DNA from: Longimicrobiales bacterium
GTDB lineage: Bacteria > Gemmatimonadota > Gemmatimonadetes > Longimicrobiales > Gaopeijiaceae
Assembly (NCBI GenBank): GCA_965249725.1
Contig: CBDFMQ010000002.1
Location: 512,001-576,000, forward strand
Direction of reading: 5' to 3'
Length of the DNA stretch: 64,000 nt
A program made the translations under genes and the position numbers. The notes beneath the pieces are model-generated. The model did no database searches, was not told the origin of the DNA, and saw only the letters and a program-made list of their open reading frames with translations. Position 1 is the stretch's first letter; every line of letters begins with the position of its first letter. Below are positions 1 through 11,400 of this stretch, piece after piece.

Positions 1-512
1 TAGTCGTCGGCGGACCAGCGGCCGGACTTTCCACCATCCTTCAGGAGGAGCCGGATTCCTTCGATTTGCATGCCACGATCAAGGGACTTGGCCATGTCGT
101 AGACCGTAAGCAGACCGACGCTTACGGCGGTGAGGGCCTCCATTTCCACGCCCGTCTGGCCCGCCACCTTCACTTCGGCCCGCAGGACCACTCCCGGCAG
201 GTCCCGGTCCATCACCACATCCAAAGTGAAGGAGGCTCCGGGGAGCATGTGGCAGAGCGGAATCAGATCGCCCGTCCGCTTCCCGGCCGATATGGCCGCC
301 AGTCGAGCGACCTGGACGACATCCCCCTTCTTCAGATTCCCAGCCTCGATAGCCGCAAGCGTCTCGGGCGCCATGCGAATGCGCCCCTCCGCCACCGCCG
401 TACGGTTGGTGACGCTCTTCTCCGTAACGTCGACCATGTGCGCGCGACCTGCCGCGTCCAGGTGGGTCAAGCCCCCACCACCTGCTGTGTCGTCTCGATC
501 AGACGCTGCCAT
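1..512 (-). CDS. moaC: Cyclic pyranopterin monophosphate synthase MoaC (last codon runs off the window edge)
   Basis: Not in the ORF track. Manual translation from ATG at 512 gives [43 protein letters not shown] and KDGGKSG, which are MoaC motifs. The frame ends in 'TA' at position 1. Confidence 0.95.
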   Translation of the reverse strand, partial: MAASDRDDTAGGGGLTHLDAAGRAHMVDVTEKSVTNRTAVAEGRIRMAPETLAAIEAGNLKKGDVVQVARLAAISAGKRTGDLIPLCHMLPGASFTLDVVMDRDLPGVVLRAEVKVAGQTGVEMEALTAVSVGLLTVYDMAKSLDRGMQIEGIRLLLKDGGKSGRWSADD

Positions 513-1647
513 TCAATGCCTCACGAATCCCGGTCAGGAGTCCCGCCACGACCAGTTGGGGGTTCACGTTCCCCGCCGCCAACTCCTTGGCCTCCTCCAG
601 CCTCAGGAAGGCGTCGGCGATCGCGACAGGGTGGATATCCCGTTCGGTCCTGATCCGTTCCAGAAAGTCTGCCGTGTCGCGACTGATAACGCGGTCCGGA
701 GCTCCCGCGGCCGTGGCGGACAAGTCCCTCAACGCGTCCTCCAACAGATCCAGGAGCGCGATCAGGCCGCGGCCACGCACCGACTGGAATTCGAGGGACT
801 GGCGGTAGATCGAACCGGCGTCAGCGGCGGATGCCACCTTCAGAAGACGGAAGGCCTGCTGCCGCAGGTCCTCCAAGGGTCCGGCTTCGTCGCCGTCGGG
901 CAGGAAACCCAGGGCGCGGCCGATGGAACCCCGGCCCAGATGGGCAGCCCTCTCCGCGCTCTTGCGGTCGGCTCCGGCCGTCTCGACGAGGAACTCTGCC
1001 ACGGATTCGTCCGGGAGCCCCGGCAGATGCAGCGGCATGGTCCGGGAGCGGATGGTGGCCAGAAGCCGCCCGGGCTCGCTGGAGGTGAGGATCAGTGATG
1101 TGTCCGGTGGGGGCTCCTCGAGCAACTTCAGTAAAGCGTTGGCCGCCGCCTGGCTGGACTCCTGCGGCACCAGGGTCTCCGCGTCACCGATAACGAAGAC
1201 CTGCCGATCGCCCATCGCCGGTCGCTTGCGCGCCTGTGAGCGAAGGTGCTGTGCCACCGCCAGATACAGTCCCGTGGGCTCAGCAGAGCGTAGGGCCGGT
1301 CTCAGCGTGTGCTCCCGGCGATCTGCCAGGGCTTCGTGCCTCGCCTCCTCTAAGGCCTCGGCGAGCTTGTCGGGACGCACACGGGGCGGCTTCGGGAGAG
1401 GGAAGTACCAGTGCAGGTCGGGATGCTCCAGAGACAACGACATGCGACAGGCTTTGCATTCGGAGCAGGGTCCGTCCCGGGTCTGTACCTCACACAGGAG
1501 GAGTTGGCCCAACCACAATGCGAGTCGTTGCTTCCCGACCCCCCGAGGTCCATGGATCAACATGCTGACGGGAAGAGAACCGCGTTCCCACGCCAGGGAG
1601 AGCGAGGAACGGACTGCGTCGTGCCCTACGAATGGGTGAAGGCTCAC
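499..1647 (-). CDS. holB: DNA polymerase III subunit delta'
   Basis: GPRGVGK Walker A-like motif, CSECKAC zinc motif, [18 protein letters not shown] and TIRSR. GTG at 1647 overlaps the upstream stop (GTGA). Confidence 0.92.
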   Translation of the reverse strand: MSLHPFVGHDAVRSSLSLAWERGSLPVSMLIHGPRGVGKQRLALWLGQLLLCEVQTRDGPCSECKACRMSLSLEHPDLHWYFPLPKPPRVRPDKLAEALEEARHEALADRREHTLRPALRSAEPTGLYLAVAQHLRSQARKRPAMGDRQVFVIGDAETLVPQESSQAAANALLKLLEEPPPDTSLILTSSEPGRLLATIRSRTMPLHLPGLPDESVAEFLVETAGADRKSAERAAHLGRGSIGRALGFLPDGDEAGPLEDLRQQAFRLLKVASAADAGSIYRQSLEFQSVRGRGLIALLDLLEDALRDLSATAAGAPDRVISRDTADFLERIRTERDIHPVAIADAFLRLEEAKELAAGNVNPQLVVAGLLTGIREALNGSV

Positions 1648-2846
1648 CTGCCCTGGGGTCGGAGCCACTGGAGCGGATCGCGGGCTTGTGGGGACCCTCC
1701 GTCTACGGGTGCTCTGACCTGGAACTCGATGTGTGGACCTTCTGGCGTGTCGGAACCACCCACCGTCCCGACGACCTGTCCTGCCTGCACCTGTCGTCCC
1801 TGGATGACTCCGACTTCCTCGAGGTAGAGATAGAGCGTGTAGAACCCCTCCCCGTGACTGAGTACCACGGTGGGCCCGTAACCCTCGAAGGGGCCCGCCA
1901 GGACTACGGTGCCGGGCGAACCGGTGGAGGCCCGGATACCGATGCCGTTCCATCGGAGGACGATCCCGTCGGGCCTCTGTTCCCGACCGAAGCGGTAGAT
2001 CAGATCGCCGTTCACCGGCCAATCGAGCGAGCCCACGTCCTCGGAAGACATGGTCCCAAGATCGCCGCTGGCCAGTCGGCGTTCCGCTTCGAGCCGTCGC
2101 CCTTCCAGGTCGGTGACCAGCCGTGTCAGGCGGGTCTCGTCACTCCCGAGTTCTTGAAGGCGGCTGTCGGCTCGCCGCTCCTCGGCCCTGTAGTTCTCCA
2201 ACGCTCGCCTGCGCTGTTCCTCGACCGATCGGAGTGAGGCCACCTCGCCCTGCTTGGCCTGCCGAAGGCGACCGAGGTCGGACATGTGGTTCTCCAGATC
2301 GACGTTCTGGACCACCAGGTCGGCCTCGAGGTCGCCGACCCTCTCCAACAACGTCCGATCGTAGGACGCGATGAGCCGCAGATAGCGATAGCGCGTGAGC
2401 AGGTCCGGGAACGATGCGGCCCCGAGCATGACCTTGACGGCATGAAGCGGGCCCCGCTTGTAGATGTCGCGGAGGCGGCGGTTGAGCACGGCGGCTCCGT
2501 TCCGCAGCCGTTCGCGGGTGACCACCAGATTGCGCGACGACCCCTCGATCTCACCTGCTACCGCGTCCACCTGAAAATCGACTTCGCCCAGCGCCGACCG
2601 GGAAGCGCTGATCTGGCGCTCGATGTTGGCGAGTTCACCCGACACGTCGCGGACGCGACCCTCAAGGTTGCTCATCTCTCTCCGGAGCTGTTCCCGTTCC
2701 GCGCGCACCTCTTCAAGGCGGCGTTGACTCTCGAGAATCTCCCTACGGATGTCGTCGGCCTGACCGGTGAGACACGACGGTCCGATAAGAGCAGCTCCAA
2801 GAACGAACGCGGAGATTCTCAGGGTCCGATGCCCGCACACGATCAC
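1644..2846 (-). CDS. envC: Murein hydrolase activator EnvC-like (coiled coil plus degenerate M23/LytM domain)
   Basis: Signal/TM segment, long coiled coil, then C-terminal WPVNG...WNGIGI...GYG...HIEFQVR. Lies directly downstream of ftsEX with a GTGA overlap. Confidence 0.85.
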   Translation of the reverse strand: MIVCGHRTLRISAFVLGAALIGPSCLTGQADDIRREILESQRRLEEVRAEREQLRREMSNLEGRVRDVSGELANIERQISASRSALGEVDFQVDAVAGEIEGSSRNLVVTRERLRNGAAVLNRRLRDIYKRGPLHAVKVMLGAASFPDLLTRYRYLRLIASYDRTLLERVGDLEADLVVQNVDLENHMSDLGRLRQAKQGEVASLRSVEEQRRRALENYRAEERRADSRLQELGSDETRLTRLVTDLEGRRLEAERRLASGDLGTMSSEDVGSLDWPVNGDLIYRFGREQRPDGIVLRWNGIGIRASTGSPGTVVLAGPFEGYGPTVVLSHGEGFYTLYLYLEEVGVIQGRQVQAGQVVGTVGGSDTPEGPHIEFQVRAPVDGGSPQARDPLQWLRPQGR

Positions 2847-3700
2847 ACCTCCCTGAGGTGCGTTCGCACGGCGAAGCCACTGGAGATGACCCCGAACACG
2901 ATTCCGGCCAAGATGCCGGCGCCGGTCCACTCCAAGGGGATCCACTCGATCGAGAAGAGATAGTGGAAGATCGCCCTGAAGGTCGCATACGTGAGTCCGA
3001 CCGCCAGCACTCCGCCCAAGGCGCCGGTGATCCCGCCCTCGACCAGGAAGGGGCGTCGAATGAACCCGTTCCGCGCGCCGACGAGCTGCATCACCTGGAT
3101 CTCTTCACGCCTGGCGAAGATCGCAATCCGGACGGCCGTCCCGATGATGAGGGCGGCGACAACGGCGAACGCTATGCCCAGCACCGTGGCGGTGACCCCT
3201 CCCATTCGTCGGAGCGTGAACAGCTTGTCCACCCACTCCTGTCCGTACTGTACCTCCTCTACGAACGGATAAAGCCGGGCCTGTTGAGCCAGCCGGTCTA
3301 CGGTGGCCGGAGTACGGCTGCCGGGCTGCAATTCGATCTCGAGCGAAGCGGGGAGGGGGTTCACCTCGAGGTCGGTCATCACTTCCCGGAACTCGGGAAG
3401 CTCACGGCGCGCCTTCGCAAGCGCCTCGTCCTTGGTGACGAACTCCACCGCCAGGACCTCGGGCAGGGCCGAGATGGCGCTCTCCATGTTGGCGATCTCG
3501 TCCGTGCTCGCGTCGTCTCGGAGATACGCCACGATCTCAACCCGCTCCTCGAGCGTGTCGAGGGCGAGCTTCAGATTGTGGGCCGCTAGTGCGAACAGCC
3601 CCACTACGAAGAGTGCCAGACCCACCATCGCGGCCGATAGACCGGTCAGTAGGGGGGCCCTGCGAAAGGCGGAGATCGTCTCGCGTACGGTATAGAACAC
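2843..3700 (-). CDS. ftsX: Cell division permease FtsX
   Basis: Four-TM layout, NPLPASLEI and RREEIQVMQLVGA...FIRRPFLVEG motifs; adjacent to ftsE. Confidence 0.93.
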   Translation of the reverse strand: MFYTVRETISAFRRAPLLTGLSAAMVGLALFVVGLFALAAHNLKLALDTLEERVEIVAYLRDDASTDEIANMESAISALPEVLAVEFVTKDEALAKARRELPEFREVMTDLEVNPLPASLEIELQPGSRTPATVDRLAQQARLYPFVEEVQYGQEWVDKLFTLRRMGGVTATVLGIAFAVVAALIIGTAVRIAIFARREEIQVMQLVGARNGFIRRPFLVEGGITGALGGVLAVGLTYATFRAIFHYLFSIEWIPLEWTGAGILAGIVFGVISSGFAVRTHLREV

Positions 3701-3701
3701 G

Positions 3702-4397
3702 TCAGTCCGCGCTCACTTCCGCCATCTGCTGATCGTGCGAGTCGTAGACCAGCCGTCCTTGGTCCAGTTCGAACACGCGCGCCGACCCATACCGGCGGAC
3801 CAGGTCCAGGTCGTGTGTGGCCATGAGGACGGCCATTCCCATGGCATTGATCTCCCAGAACAATTCCATGATCCCGCGCGTGGCGCGATCGTCGAGGTTG
3901 CCTGTAGGCTCGTCCGCCAGCAGGAGGAGCGGCTCACTCGCAAGCGCCCGGGCGATCGCCACCCTCTGCTGCTCTCCGCCGGAGAGTTCATGGACGGCCG
4001 CCCCGGCCTTCGGGGCCAACCCGACCTGAGAGAGCAGGCGCTGGGCCCGAGGGCGGACCTGCTTGGCGGCGCTACCGGTGACCTCGAGCGCGAAAGCGAC
4101 GTTCTCGAACGCCGTACGGCCGGGCAGGAGTCGAAACTCCTGGAAGACGTACCCAACCCGTCGCCGGAGCTTCCAAAGGTCCCGCTGGGACGTGCGCTCC
4201 GACGAGAAGCCGCTTACTCGGACCTCACCGTGGCTAGGCTTCTCGGCCATATGGACGAGCCGCATCGTGGTGGATTTTCCCGAGCCGGAATGGCCGGTAA
4301 GGAAAGCGAACTGAGCCTTGGGCAGATGGAAGGAAACATCCTTGAGGGCCGGCTCAGCCCGAGCATACTCTTTCGTGACGTGAATGAACTTGATCAC
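3702..4397 (-). CDS. ftsE: Cell division ATP-binding protein FtsE
   Basis: GHSGSGKS, LSGGEQQRVAIARA, LLADEPTGNLD and MATHD motifs. Start taken as GTG at 4397 (ATG at 4433 is possible). Confidence 0.93.
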   Translation of the reverse strand: MIKFIHVTKEYARAEPALKDVSFHLPKAQFAFLTGHSGSGKSTTMRLVHMAEKPSHGEVRVSGFSSERTSQRDLWKLRRRVGYVFQEFRLLPGRTAFENVAFALEVTGSAAKQVRPRAQRLLSQVGLAPKAGAAVHELSGGEQQRVAIARALASEPLLLLADEPTGNLDDRATRGIMELFWEINAMGMAVLMATHDLDLVRRYGSARVFELDQGRLVYDSHDQQMAEVSAD

Positions 4398-4469
4398 GCG
4401 GTTGTCGCGACCCCGTAAGTTGGTATTGCCCATGCACTTCCGGGAGCAACGAGTGCCCGGAAAGAAAAG

Positions 4470-5411
4470 CTAAGCTTGGGTGGCCAGCGTGTCAAAACGG
4501 TTCTGTGCGATCAGCGAGGCCAGGCCGATCGCCTCTTCCATTGAAGTTGCGTCCGCAATGCCGGTTCCCACCAGGTCAAAAGCCGTACCGTGGTCCGGGG
4601 AGGTGCGGACGAACGGGAGTCCCAGAGTGACATTGACACCCCGGCCGAAGGTGGCGGTCTTGAACGCGGCCATCCCGACGTCGTGATACGGCGCCACGAC
4701 GGCGTCGAACTCTCCCCGACGCGCGCGGCCGAAGATCGTGTCTGCAGGAAACGGGCCCTGCGCGTCTATCCCGGCTTGCCTGAGTTCCTCGACGGCGGGG
4801 GCGAAGACCTTGGCCTCCTCGTTTCCGAAGAGCCCCTTGTCCGAGGCATGTGGGTTGAGGGCACACAGCCCGATTCGAGGCGTGGGAATGCCCCAGTCGT
4901 CCTCGAGTGCGCGGCCGAGCAGAGCGGTCTGGCTCACGAGGAGCTGCTGGCTCACGAGATCGGGCACGCTTCTCAGCGCCACATGGGTGGTGGCCAGGAG
5001 CACACGCAGCGGGCCCGCATCCTCGGTCTCCTCCGCGGCCATGAGCATCCCGACCTCGGGAGCACCGGTGAGCCGCTGCAGCATCTCGGTGTGTCCGGGA
5101 TCGGAATAGCCGGCCGCACGGAAAGCCGGCTTGTGAATGGGACCGGTCACAATGCCCGACACGGAGCCCTCCTGGGCGAACGTGACCGCCCGTGCGATAG
5201 CGAGCGCGGATACATGGCCGGCCGAGGCCTCGGAGCCGTCGAAGGGACCCACGGACTCGTACGGGGCGCCTCCGGGATCGTATCCGTCAGGGCCGACCAG
5301 GACGACGGACAGGGAAGTCCGGGCCTGGAGACCGAGGATAGCCTTCCCGACGATCTCGGGGCCTATGCCCCGGGGGTCACCGAGCGTGACTGCAAGACGG
5401 TTCGGAGACAT
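4470..5411 (-). CDS. pdxA: 4-hydroxythreonine-4-phosphate dehydrogenase
   Basis: GDPRGIGPE, GHTE, LNPHA, YHD and NVTLGLPFVRTSPDHGTAFD motifs. Confidence 0.95.
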   Translation of the reverse strand: MSPNRLAVTLGDPRGIGPEIVGKAILGLQARTSLSVVLVGPDGYDPGGAPYESVGPFDGSEASAGHVSALAIARAVTFAQEGSVSGIVTGPIHKPAFRAAGYSDPGHTEMLQRLTGAPEVGMLMAAEETEDAGPLRVLLATTHVALRSVPDLVSQQLLVSQTALLGRALEDDWGIPTPRIGLCALNPHASDKGLFGNEEAKVFAPAVEELRQAGIDAQGPFPADTIFGRARRGEFDAVVAPYHDVGMAAFKTATFGRGVNVTLGLPFVRTSPDHGTAFDLVGTGIADATSMEEAIGLASLIAQNRFDTLATQA

Positions 5412-5426
5412 GGCTCCTACGGCGCG

Positions 5427-6800
5427 TCAGCGCGCTCCGGCCAGTCGAATATCGACGTATACCCGTTCCCTGAGGCCTTCGACCACGCTCTGAGTGAGAC
5501 GCGTCGACTTCAAGCGCGTTTCGATCTGTTCCCGAACGTCCTCGAACTCGATGTCGCCTCCGCCCTTGACGTTCGTCACCTCGACGATCCCAAGCGTATT
5601 CTCCCCCCCAGAGTCGAAGCGCAGGGGCCCCAAGACATCCCCCACTTCGGCGTTTTGAAGGGCGCTGGCGTAGGCGGTCGAGATCTGATTGATCTCAGCG
5701 ACGGTCAGATCGAGGGTATCGACAGACTCCTCCAACTGTGACGCCAACTCGCCCAGATCCTCACCGTCGCGTATCCGATTCCTGATGTCGACGGCTCGTT
5801 CCAGATTGACATCGATATCCGCTTCGGTGATCTCGGGCTGGAAGAGAATATGCCGAACCCGCCGCTCTCCACCTCGCACCCGTTCGACCAGAATCAGGTG
5901 GTACCCGAAGTCAGTCTCGGTCGGCACGCTCACCATTCCGGGTGCCAGCATGAACGCGACCTCCTCGAACTCCTCTACGAAGGTCCCGTCCCGTCGAACC
6001 CAGCCGAGTTCGCCTCCGTCATCGGCCGAGGGACCGTCCGAGAACTGTCTAGCCAATTCGGTGAAATCGTCCTGCTCGCCGTCGCGTAGGAGCTGAAGAA
6101 CGCTATCGGCCTCAGCGAGCGCTGCGGCCTTTGCGGCCTCGGTCGGTGTGGGAGCCAACTGCAGGTTAATGAAACTGATCGTAGGCGGAAGCTGGGGCAG
6201 CTGCTCCGCGTTCTCTTCGAAGAAGGTCCGGAGCTCCTCTTCGGGAATGAAGATGTCTCGCACGTCGCGACCCTTCTTCGCCATGTACCGCTCCTGGAGG
6301 AGCTGGCGTTTGATGGCGCTTCTACGCTGGTCGCGAAAGACCGACATCGTCATGCTCTGCTTGGCCAGGGCCTCCTGCAGCCGCGAGAGCGTGCCGAATT
6401 GACGAATCTGGCCATCGATCTCCAGCTGGAGTCGCTCCTCCAGCTCCTCCTCACCGACCGCGAGGGTGCTGTCCCTCCCGGCATCCTGGATCACGAGTTG
6501 TTCATTGACCAGGAGGTCGAGGACGTCGGCCTTGAAGGACATCAACTCGGCCGTGGTCTCGGGGCGGGTCCAGCCCTGCGCCTCCATCCGCAGCAGGTAG
6601 GTGTCGATCTCCGTCATCAGGATCACGGAGTCACCGACCACTGCGGCGACCTGCTCGACCACATCAGTGAGACCCGGGGGATTCTGAGCAGAGGCCGGCT
6701 CAGCGCCGCCCACTAGGACCACTACCGTCAGCGCCGAGACCGTGAGGCCCCGACCCCTGATTCGGGTCGCGAATGCTGGTTTCTCTGAACGGTTTCTCAT
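5427..6800 (-). CDS. surA: SurA-like periplasmic chaperone / parvulin PPIase
   Basis: Signal peptide (ASA-Q), SurA N-domain (VAAVVGDSVIL) and parvulin motifs (FTELARQFSD, GGELGW, FGYHLI). surA-pdxA synteny. Confidence 0.8.
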   Translation of the reverse strand: MRNRSEKPAFATRIRGRGLTVSALTVVVLVGGAEPASAQNPPGLTDVVEQVAAVVGDSVILMTEIDTYLLRMEAQGWTRPETTAELMSFKADVLDLLVNEQLVIQDAGRDSTLAVGEEELEERLQLEIDGQIRQFGTLSRLQEALAKQSMTMSVFRDQRRSAIKRQLLQERYMAKKGRDVRDIFIPEEELRTFFEENAEQLPQLPPTISFINLQLAPTPTEAAKAAALAEADSVLQLLRDGEQDDFTELARQFSDGPSADDGGELGWVRRDGTFVEEFEEVAFMLAPGMVSVPTETDFGYHLILVERVRGGERRVRHILFQPEITEADIDVNLERAVDIRNRIRDGEDLGELASQLEESVDTLDLTVAEINQISTAYASALQNAEVGDVLGPLRFDSGGENTLGIVEVTNVKGGGDIEFEDVREQIETRLKSTRLTQSVVEGLRERVYVDIRLAGAR

Positions 6801-6892
6801 CCGTTCTCTAAACTCCCGGAAAAGTCAGGTTCCGAAGGCGCCGGTTCAGGCTCTCGGCAAGTCACGCTCTGAACATGCCAATTGAGTGTCCG

Positions 6893-8371
6893 TCAATTGG
6901 ATGTCGTATCCTGGGTGGCTCCGTCCGTCGCAGGCGTTGGCGCAGGCACAGGCGTCGTTACCGCCGGCGGCTGCGTGGCGTCGGTCGAACCGACAACCTC
7001 ATCGATGCGCGTGACCGTGGCCGCGATGGATCGATCGGAGATGGACCAATCCTGGTCTCGTCGAAGGGTCACGGTCACTGTGCTGAGTGGTATTGCACTC
7101 CGAGTACCGGCCACGAGTTCCCGCAGGATCTGCAGGAGCGTCCGATCGAGCGCGTCGTCCGGCGTTTCGTTCTCCATTGGTCTGATCTGTCGTATGCCCA
7201 GCGCATCCGTCGCCTGCGTCACCTGGGCCAACGTCATCTGGTGTAGCGTGTCCTGGCGCTCCTGGGACAGCGTGACCCCGGCCTCGGCGGCCCGTGCGAC
7301 CAGTACCCTAGACTGGCCGAGCCGCTGCAGCAGCAAACTCACGTCATCGTCCGAGGCACCCTCGACCTGGCCGGCGAACTCTACGGGTCTGGACTGTAAG
7401 AACTCGCGGAGCTCCGCTGCCGTATAGGCTCCGCCCTGGTAGTCGACCAAGGTTCGGGCGCCGGCGCGTCCGCTAAGGGACTCTCGTGGTCTTGCGGCGA
7501 GTTCTCGCAGTACGGTCGCAGCACCGGGCACGACCGTGATCTCGGCCTCCTGGTCCAGATCGGCGAGGAAGGTCGAATCTGCCTGTCGAACCCGATGCGT
7601 GACCACGAAGCTCCTGAAGGAGGCCGCGCCGTTCTCGAACGTCGTCGGCTTCCGGTCTACCAGCTGGATGACGTGTACGCCGAACTGGCTTCCGACGGGA
7701 TCACTCACGCCTCCCACCTCGAGAGCGTATGCGGCCTCTTCGAAAGCCGGCACCATGGCACCGGGCCCGAAGTAGCCGAGGTCGCCACCCAAGGATCCGC
7801 TCCCGGTGTCTTCGGAATATCGCCGGGCCAGCGCCTCGAAGGACTCTCCCGTCGAGGCCCGGTTCTTCAGCTGGATCGCCAGCGTGATCACGCTGTCGAC
7901 CTGAGTCTCGGTCGCCTGGTCGGGGAAGGTGAGCAGGATATGACGAGCCCGGACCGAGTCCGCCGGCGGGTCCGCATCCCACAGGGCTCTGAGCGCCTCG
8001 TCGGTGAGGGCCGTGTCCGGCGTGACGGTCGAGCTGAGGTAGAGGTCGATGATCTCCTGCTGGAATTGAGGTTCCAGCAGCGGGCTCAGGTCCAAGTTCG
8101 TGTAGAGGGAGTCCTCTAGTGCGGACCGCGCCAGCAGGGTGTAATCCACCCAGAAGTTGGCCAGAGCCTCCACGACTTCGGGCTGATTGGGGACGGCGTT
8201 CTGGCGGGCCAAGAGCTCGACCAGGTGGTCGACCAGAAGCTCGTGGTCGCCGACGGACGCGACGACCCGATCGGATCCCGCGTCGCAAGCCATGAGCATC
8301 ATCACCAGTCCCACGGCGGTGGCGCGGACCCCGCGTCGCATCCGGCGAAGAGGTTCAGCTGAGCACATCAT
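6893..8371 (-). CDS. Parvulin-type peptidyl-prolyl isomerase, probable lipoprotein
   Basis: Lipobox-like LMAC; VRARHIL, FEALARRYSED, GGDLGYF and FGVHVI motifs. Start uncertain (8371 has an AAGGA SD; 8341 is an alternative). Confidence 0.85.
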   Translation of the reverse strand: MMCSAEPLRRMRRGVRATAVGLVMMLMACDAGSDRVVASVGDHELLVDHLVELLARQNAVPNQPEVVEALANFWVDYTLLARSALEDSLYTNLDLSPLLEPQFQQEIIDLYLSSTVTPDTALTDEALRALWDADPPADSVRARHILLTFPDQATETQVDSVITLAIQLKNRASTGESFEALARRYSEDTGSGSLGGDLGYFGPGAMVPAFEEAAYALEVGGVSDPVGSQFGVHVIQLVDRKPTTFENGAASFRSFVVTHRVRQADSTFLADLDQEAEITVVPGAATVLRELAARPRESLSGRAGARTLVDYQGGAYTAAELREFLQSRPVEFAGQVEGASDDDVSLLLQRLGQSRVLVARAAEAGVTLSQERQDTLHQMTLAQVTQATDALGIRQIRPMENETPDDALDRTLLQILRELVAGTRSAIPLSTVTVTLRRDQDWSISDRSIAATVTRIDEVVGSTDATQPPAVTTPVPAPTPATDGATQDTTSN

Positions 8372-8402
8372 AAATATCCTTAACACGCTATGGTATATAC
8401 TG

Positions 8403-11400
8403 TTAAGCGGCTTCACTTCGGGTATTCAATAAAGTCGATAGAGCGAGGATCAACGTCGAAACTAGCGTATCGGGCCCGGCCTGTTGAAGGGCCAAGGAGA
8501 GGGGTGCCATTCTCCGCACCTCGACCTCGACGTGATGGTCTCGAAGCGGGCCCTCCAAAACGGCGAGGCGGGGCATGGCGCTGGACCGGAAATTCACCCT
8601 CGCTTCTCCCTTGCGCAGAAGAATACGCTCGACGCCGAGCTTGCGCCCCAGAATCCGCAGTCCGGCTGCGTCGAGAAGGCGCTCCACCTCCTTGGGAGGT
8701 GCCCCGAACCGGTCCTCGAGCTCCTCACGGAGGGCGTCTACTTCCGCGATGCGAGTGAGTTTGGAGAGGCGTCGGTACAGGTGCAGCTTCTGCCCCGAAT
8801 CCGCGATGTAGTCCTCGGGTAGATACGCCGAGCCGGCCATCGTGATTTCCGGATGCGGATGCTCATGTTCGACCTCGCCCTCCTTGAGCCGTTTCACGGT
8901 CTGTTCGAGGAGGCGCATGTACGCGTCGATGCCGATGGCGTGTGTGAAGCCGGACTGATCCCCGCCCAAGAGGTTGCCCGCGCCCCTCAACTCCATGTCC
9001 CGCAGCGCCACCGAGTAGCCACTCCCGAGCTCGGTGTAATGCTCCAGCACTCTGAGGCGCCGTTCGGCCTCGTCGTTCAGATCGTTCGGCACGATGAGAT
9101 AGCAGTACGCCCGCCGGTCGGAACGTCCCACCCGTCCTCGGATTTGGTAGAGCTGGGACAATCCGAAGTGATCGGCCCGATTGACGACGAGCGTGTTGGC
9201 ATTGGGCACGTCGAGGCCGTTCTCGATGATCGACGAGCACACCAGCACATCGATCTCGCCGTCCACGAAGTCCCGCATGACCCGATCCAACTCACGAGGA
9301 GTCATCTGGCCATGAGCTACGTAGACCCTCGCCTCCGGTGCCAGCGCGCGTACGCGCTCGGCGGCGCCGTGGATGGTCGACACGAGATTGTGCAGAAAGA
9401 ACGCCTGTCCACCACGATCCAGCTCTCGCTGAAGAGCTTCGGCGATGATCTGATCGGACCAAGGCACCAGGGTTGTGATGATCGGCATGCGGTCCCTGGG
9501 CGGGGTCCGGATGAGCGACAGATCTCGGATACCGGTCAGAGACAGGTAGAGCGTACGCGGGATGGGCGTGGCCGTAAGGGTCAACACGTCCACGGAGGAG
9601 CGGAGTTGCTTGAGGCGCTCCTTGTGCCGGACTCCGAACCTCTGCTCCTCGTCCACGATGAGGAGCCCGAGCCGCGACAGTTCCACGTCCTTGGACAACA
9701 GCCGGTGAGTCCCGAGAACGATGTCGATCTCGCCGGTCTTCAACCCTTCGAGGATCGCCTTTTGCTCCTTCGGGGTCCGGAAGCGGCTCAAAGCACCGAT
9801 CTTCACAGGGTAGTCGGCGAGCCGTTCCTCGAAGGTATGGCGGTGCTGCTCCACAAGGATCGTCGTGGGGGCCAGGAGTGCCACCTGCTTGCCGTCCTGG
9901 ATGGCCTTGAAAGCCGCGCGGATGGCAATCTCGGTCTTGCCGTAGCCCACATCGCCGCAGATCAACCGGTCCATCGGTCCCGAAGACTCCATGTCGCGCT
10001 TCACGTCTTCCGTGGCCAGACGCTGGTCCGGGGTGTCCTCATAGAGGAACGAGGACTCCATCTCCTTCTGCCACAGCGTGTCGGGCGAGAACGCGAACCC
10101 GGAAACGGTAGAACGGGTAGCGTAGAGTTGCAGCAGCTCCACCGTCATCTTCTCGATGGCTTCGGTGGTCTTACGCTTCAGCGTCTTCCAGCGCTTGCCT
10201 CCGATTCGGTGCACGGCGGGTGCTTTGGCCGTCTCCGACTCACCCACCCAACGCTCGACCTGATCCAGGCGGTACACAGGCACCCGGAGGATTTCCCCGC
10301 CCGCGTACTCGATTGCCATCGACTCGAGCTCCTTGCCCGCAACGGCGATGCGCTCGAGGCCCCTGAAGACACCCACGCCGTGGTCCATGTGCACGACATG
10401 GTCCCCCGGAGACAGTTGTGAGAGACTCTCGAGCGCCACCGCGCCTCGGAAGCGACGGCTTCTACGCACCCTCCTGGAGCGTCGGAAGATCTCGTGATCC
10501 GTGAGCACCTGAAGCGGAGGATCGGCGCACTCGAGCACGAAGCCCGCGGCGAGCGACCCGACCACGACGTTCGCACCTGGTGGGATCTTCCGAGGACCCC
10601 CGAGAATCTCCTCGAGCCGATCGCATTGCCCGCGGTTGTCACAGAGGACGAGGGTCTTCTGCCCCATCCCGGAGGCCGCACGGAGGGCGGATCCCAAGCG
10701 GGACATGTCACGATCGATGGTCGGTGGCGGGACACAAGCCAACTCGAGTGTGTCGCTGGACTCGGGCGAGACCTCAACCCGGGCAAGGCCCGACAGCCGC
10801 TCTTCGGCCTCTCGGGGCTCAACGAAGAGGGTCTCGGGTCCGTCCGGAGCATTTCCCTCGGCCTCGAGTTCGTCATGGAGACGACAAACGTGGTTCCACG
10901 TACGGGTGAGCTCGGCCGACCAGTCCGCGGCGCCGAAGCGGAGGAGGAGCGAGTCCGCGGGCAGTAGCTCCAGGAGGGACCGCGATACCACGTCGTCGTC
11001 GTCTCGCTCCCTATGGAAGTCGACCGGGAGAATGTGGACCTCTTCGATCGACTCCTTCGAGCGCTGATCCAGAATGTCGAAGAAACGCAGGGACACGATT
11101 TCGTCTCCCCAGAACTCGACCCGGAAGGGCTCGGCCGTCCCGAAGGAGAAGATGTCGAGGAGGCCACCACGCACGGCATACTGCCCGACTTCCTCGACCA
11201 GTGACACCCGTTCGAACCCTCTCTCGTCCAGGTCTTGCACCACCTGCTGGAATCCGGGCTCCTGTCCGGTCCTCAGCGTGACCCGGAGTTCAGCGAGACC
11301 GGCCGGGATCGGGGCGCGTTCCTGCAAGGCACGGAGCGTCGTGACCATGAGCCGGGCCCGGCCGCCCAAGAGCGCCTCCACCGCCTCCACACGCAGCCCT

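Noticed and set aside
8853..10421. Long antisense ORFs (also 16181-17710, 23248-24882, 39200-40705, 41684-43147)
   Set aside because: These are shadow frames opposite clear genes, expected at high GC, and carry no recognisable motifs.
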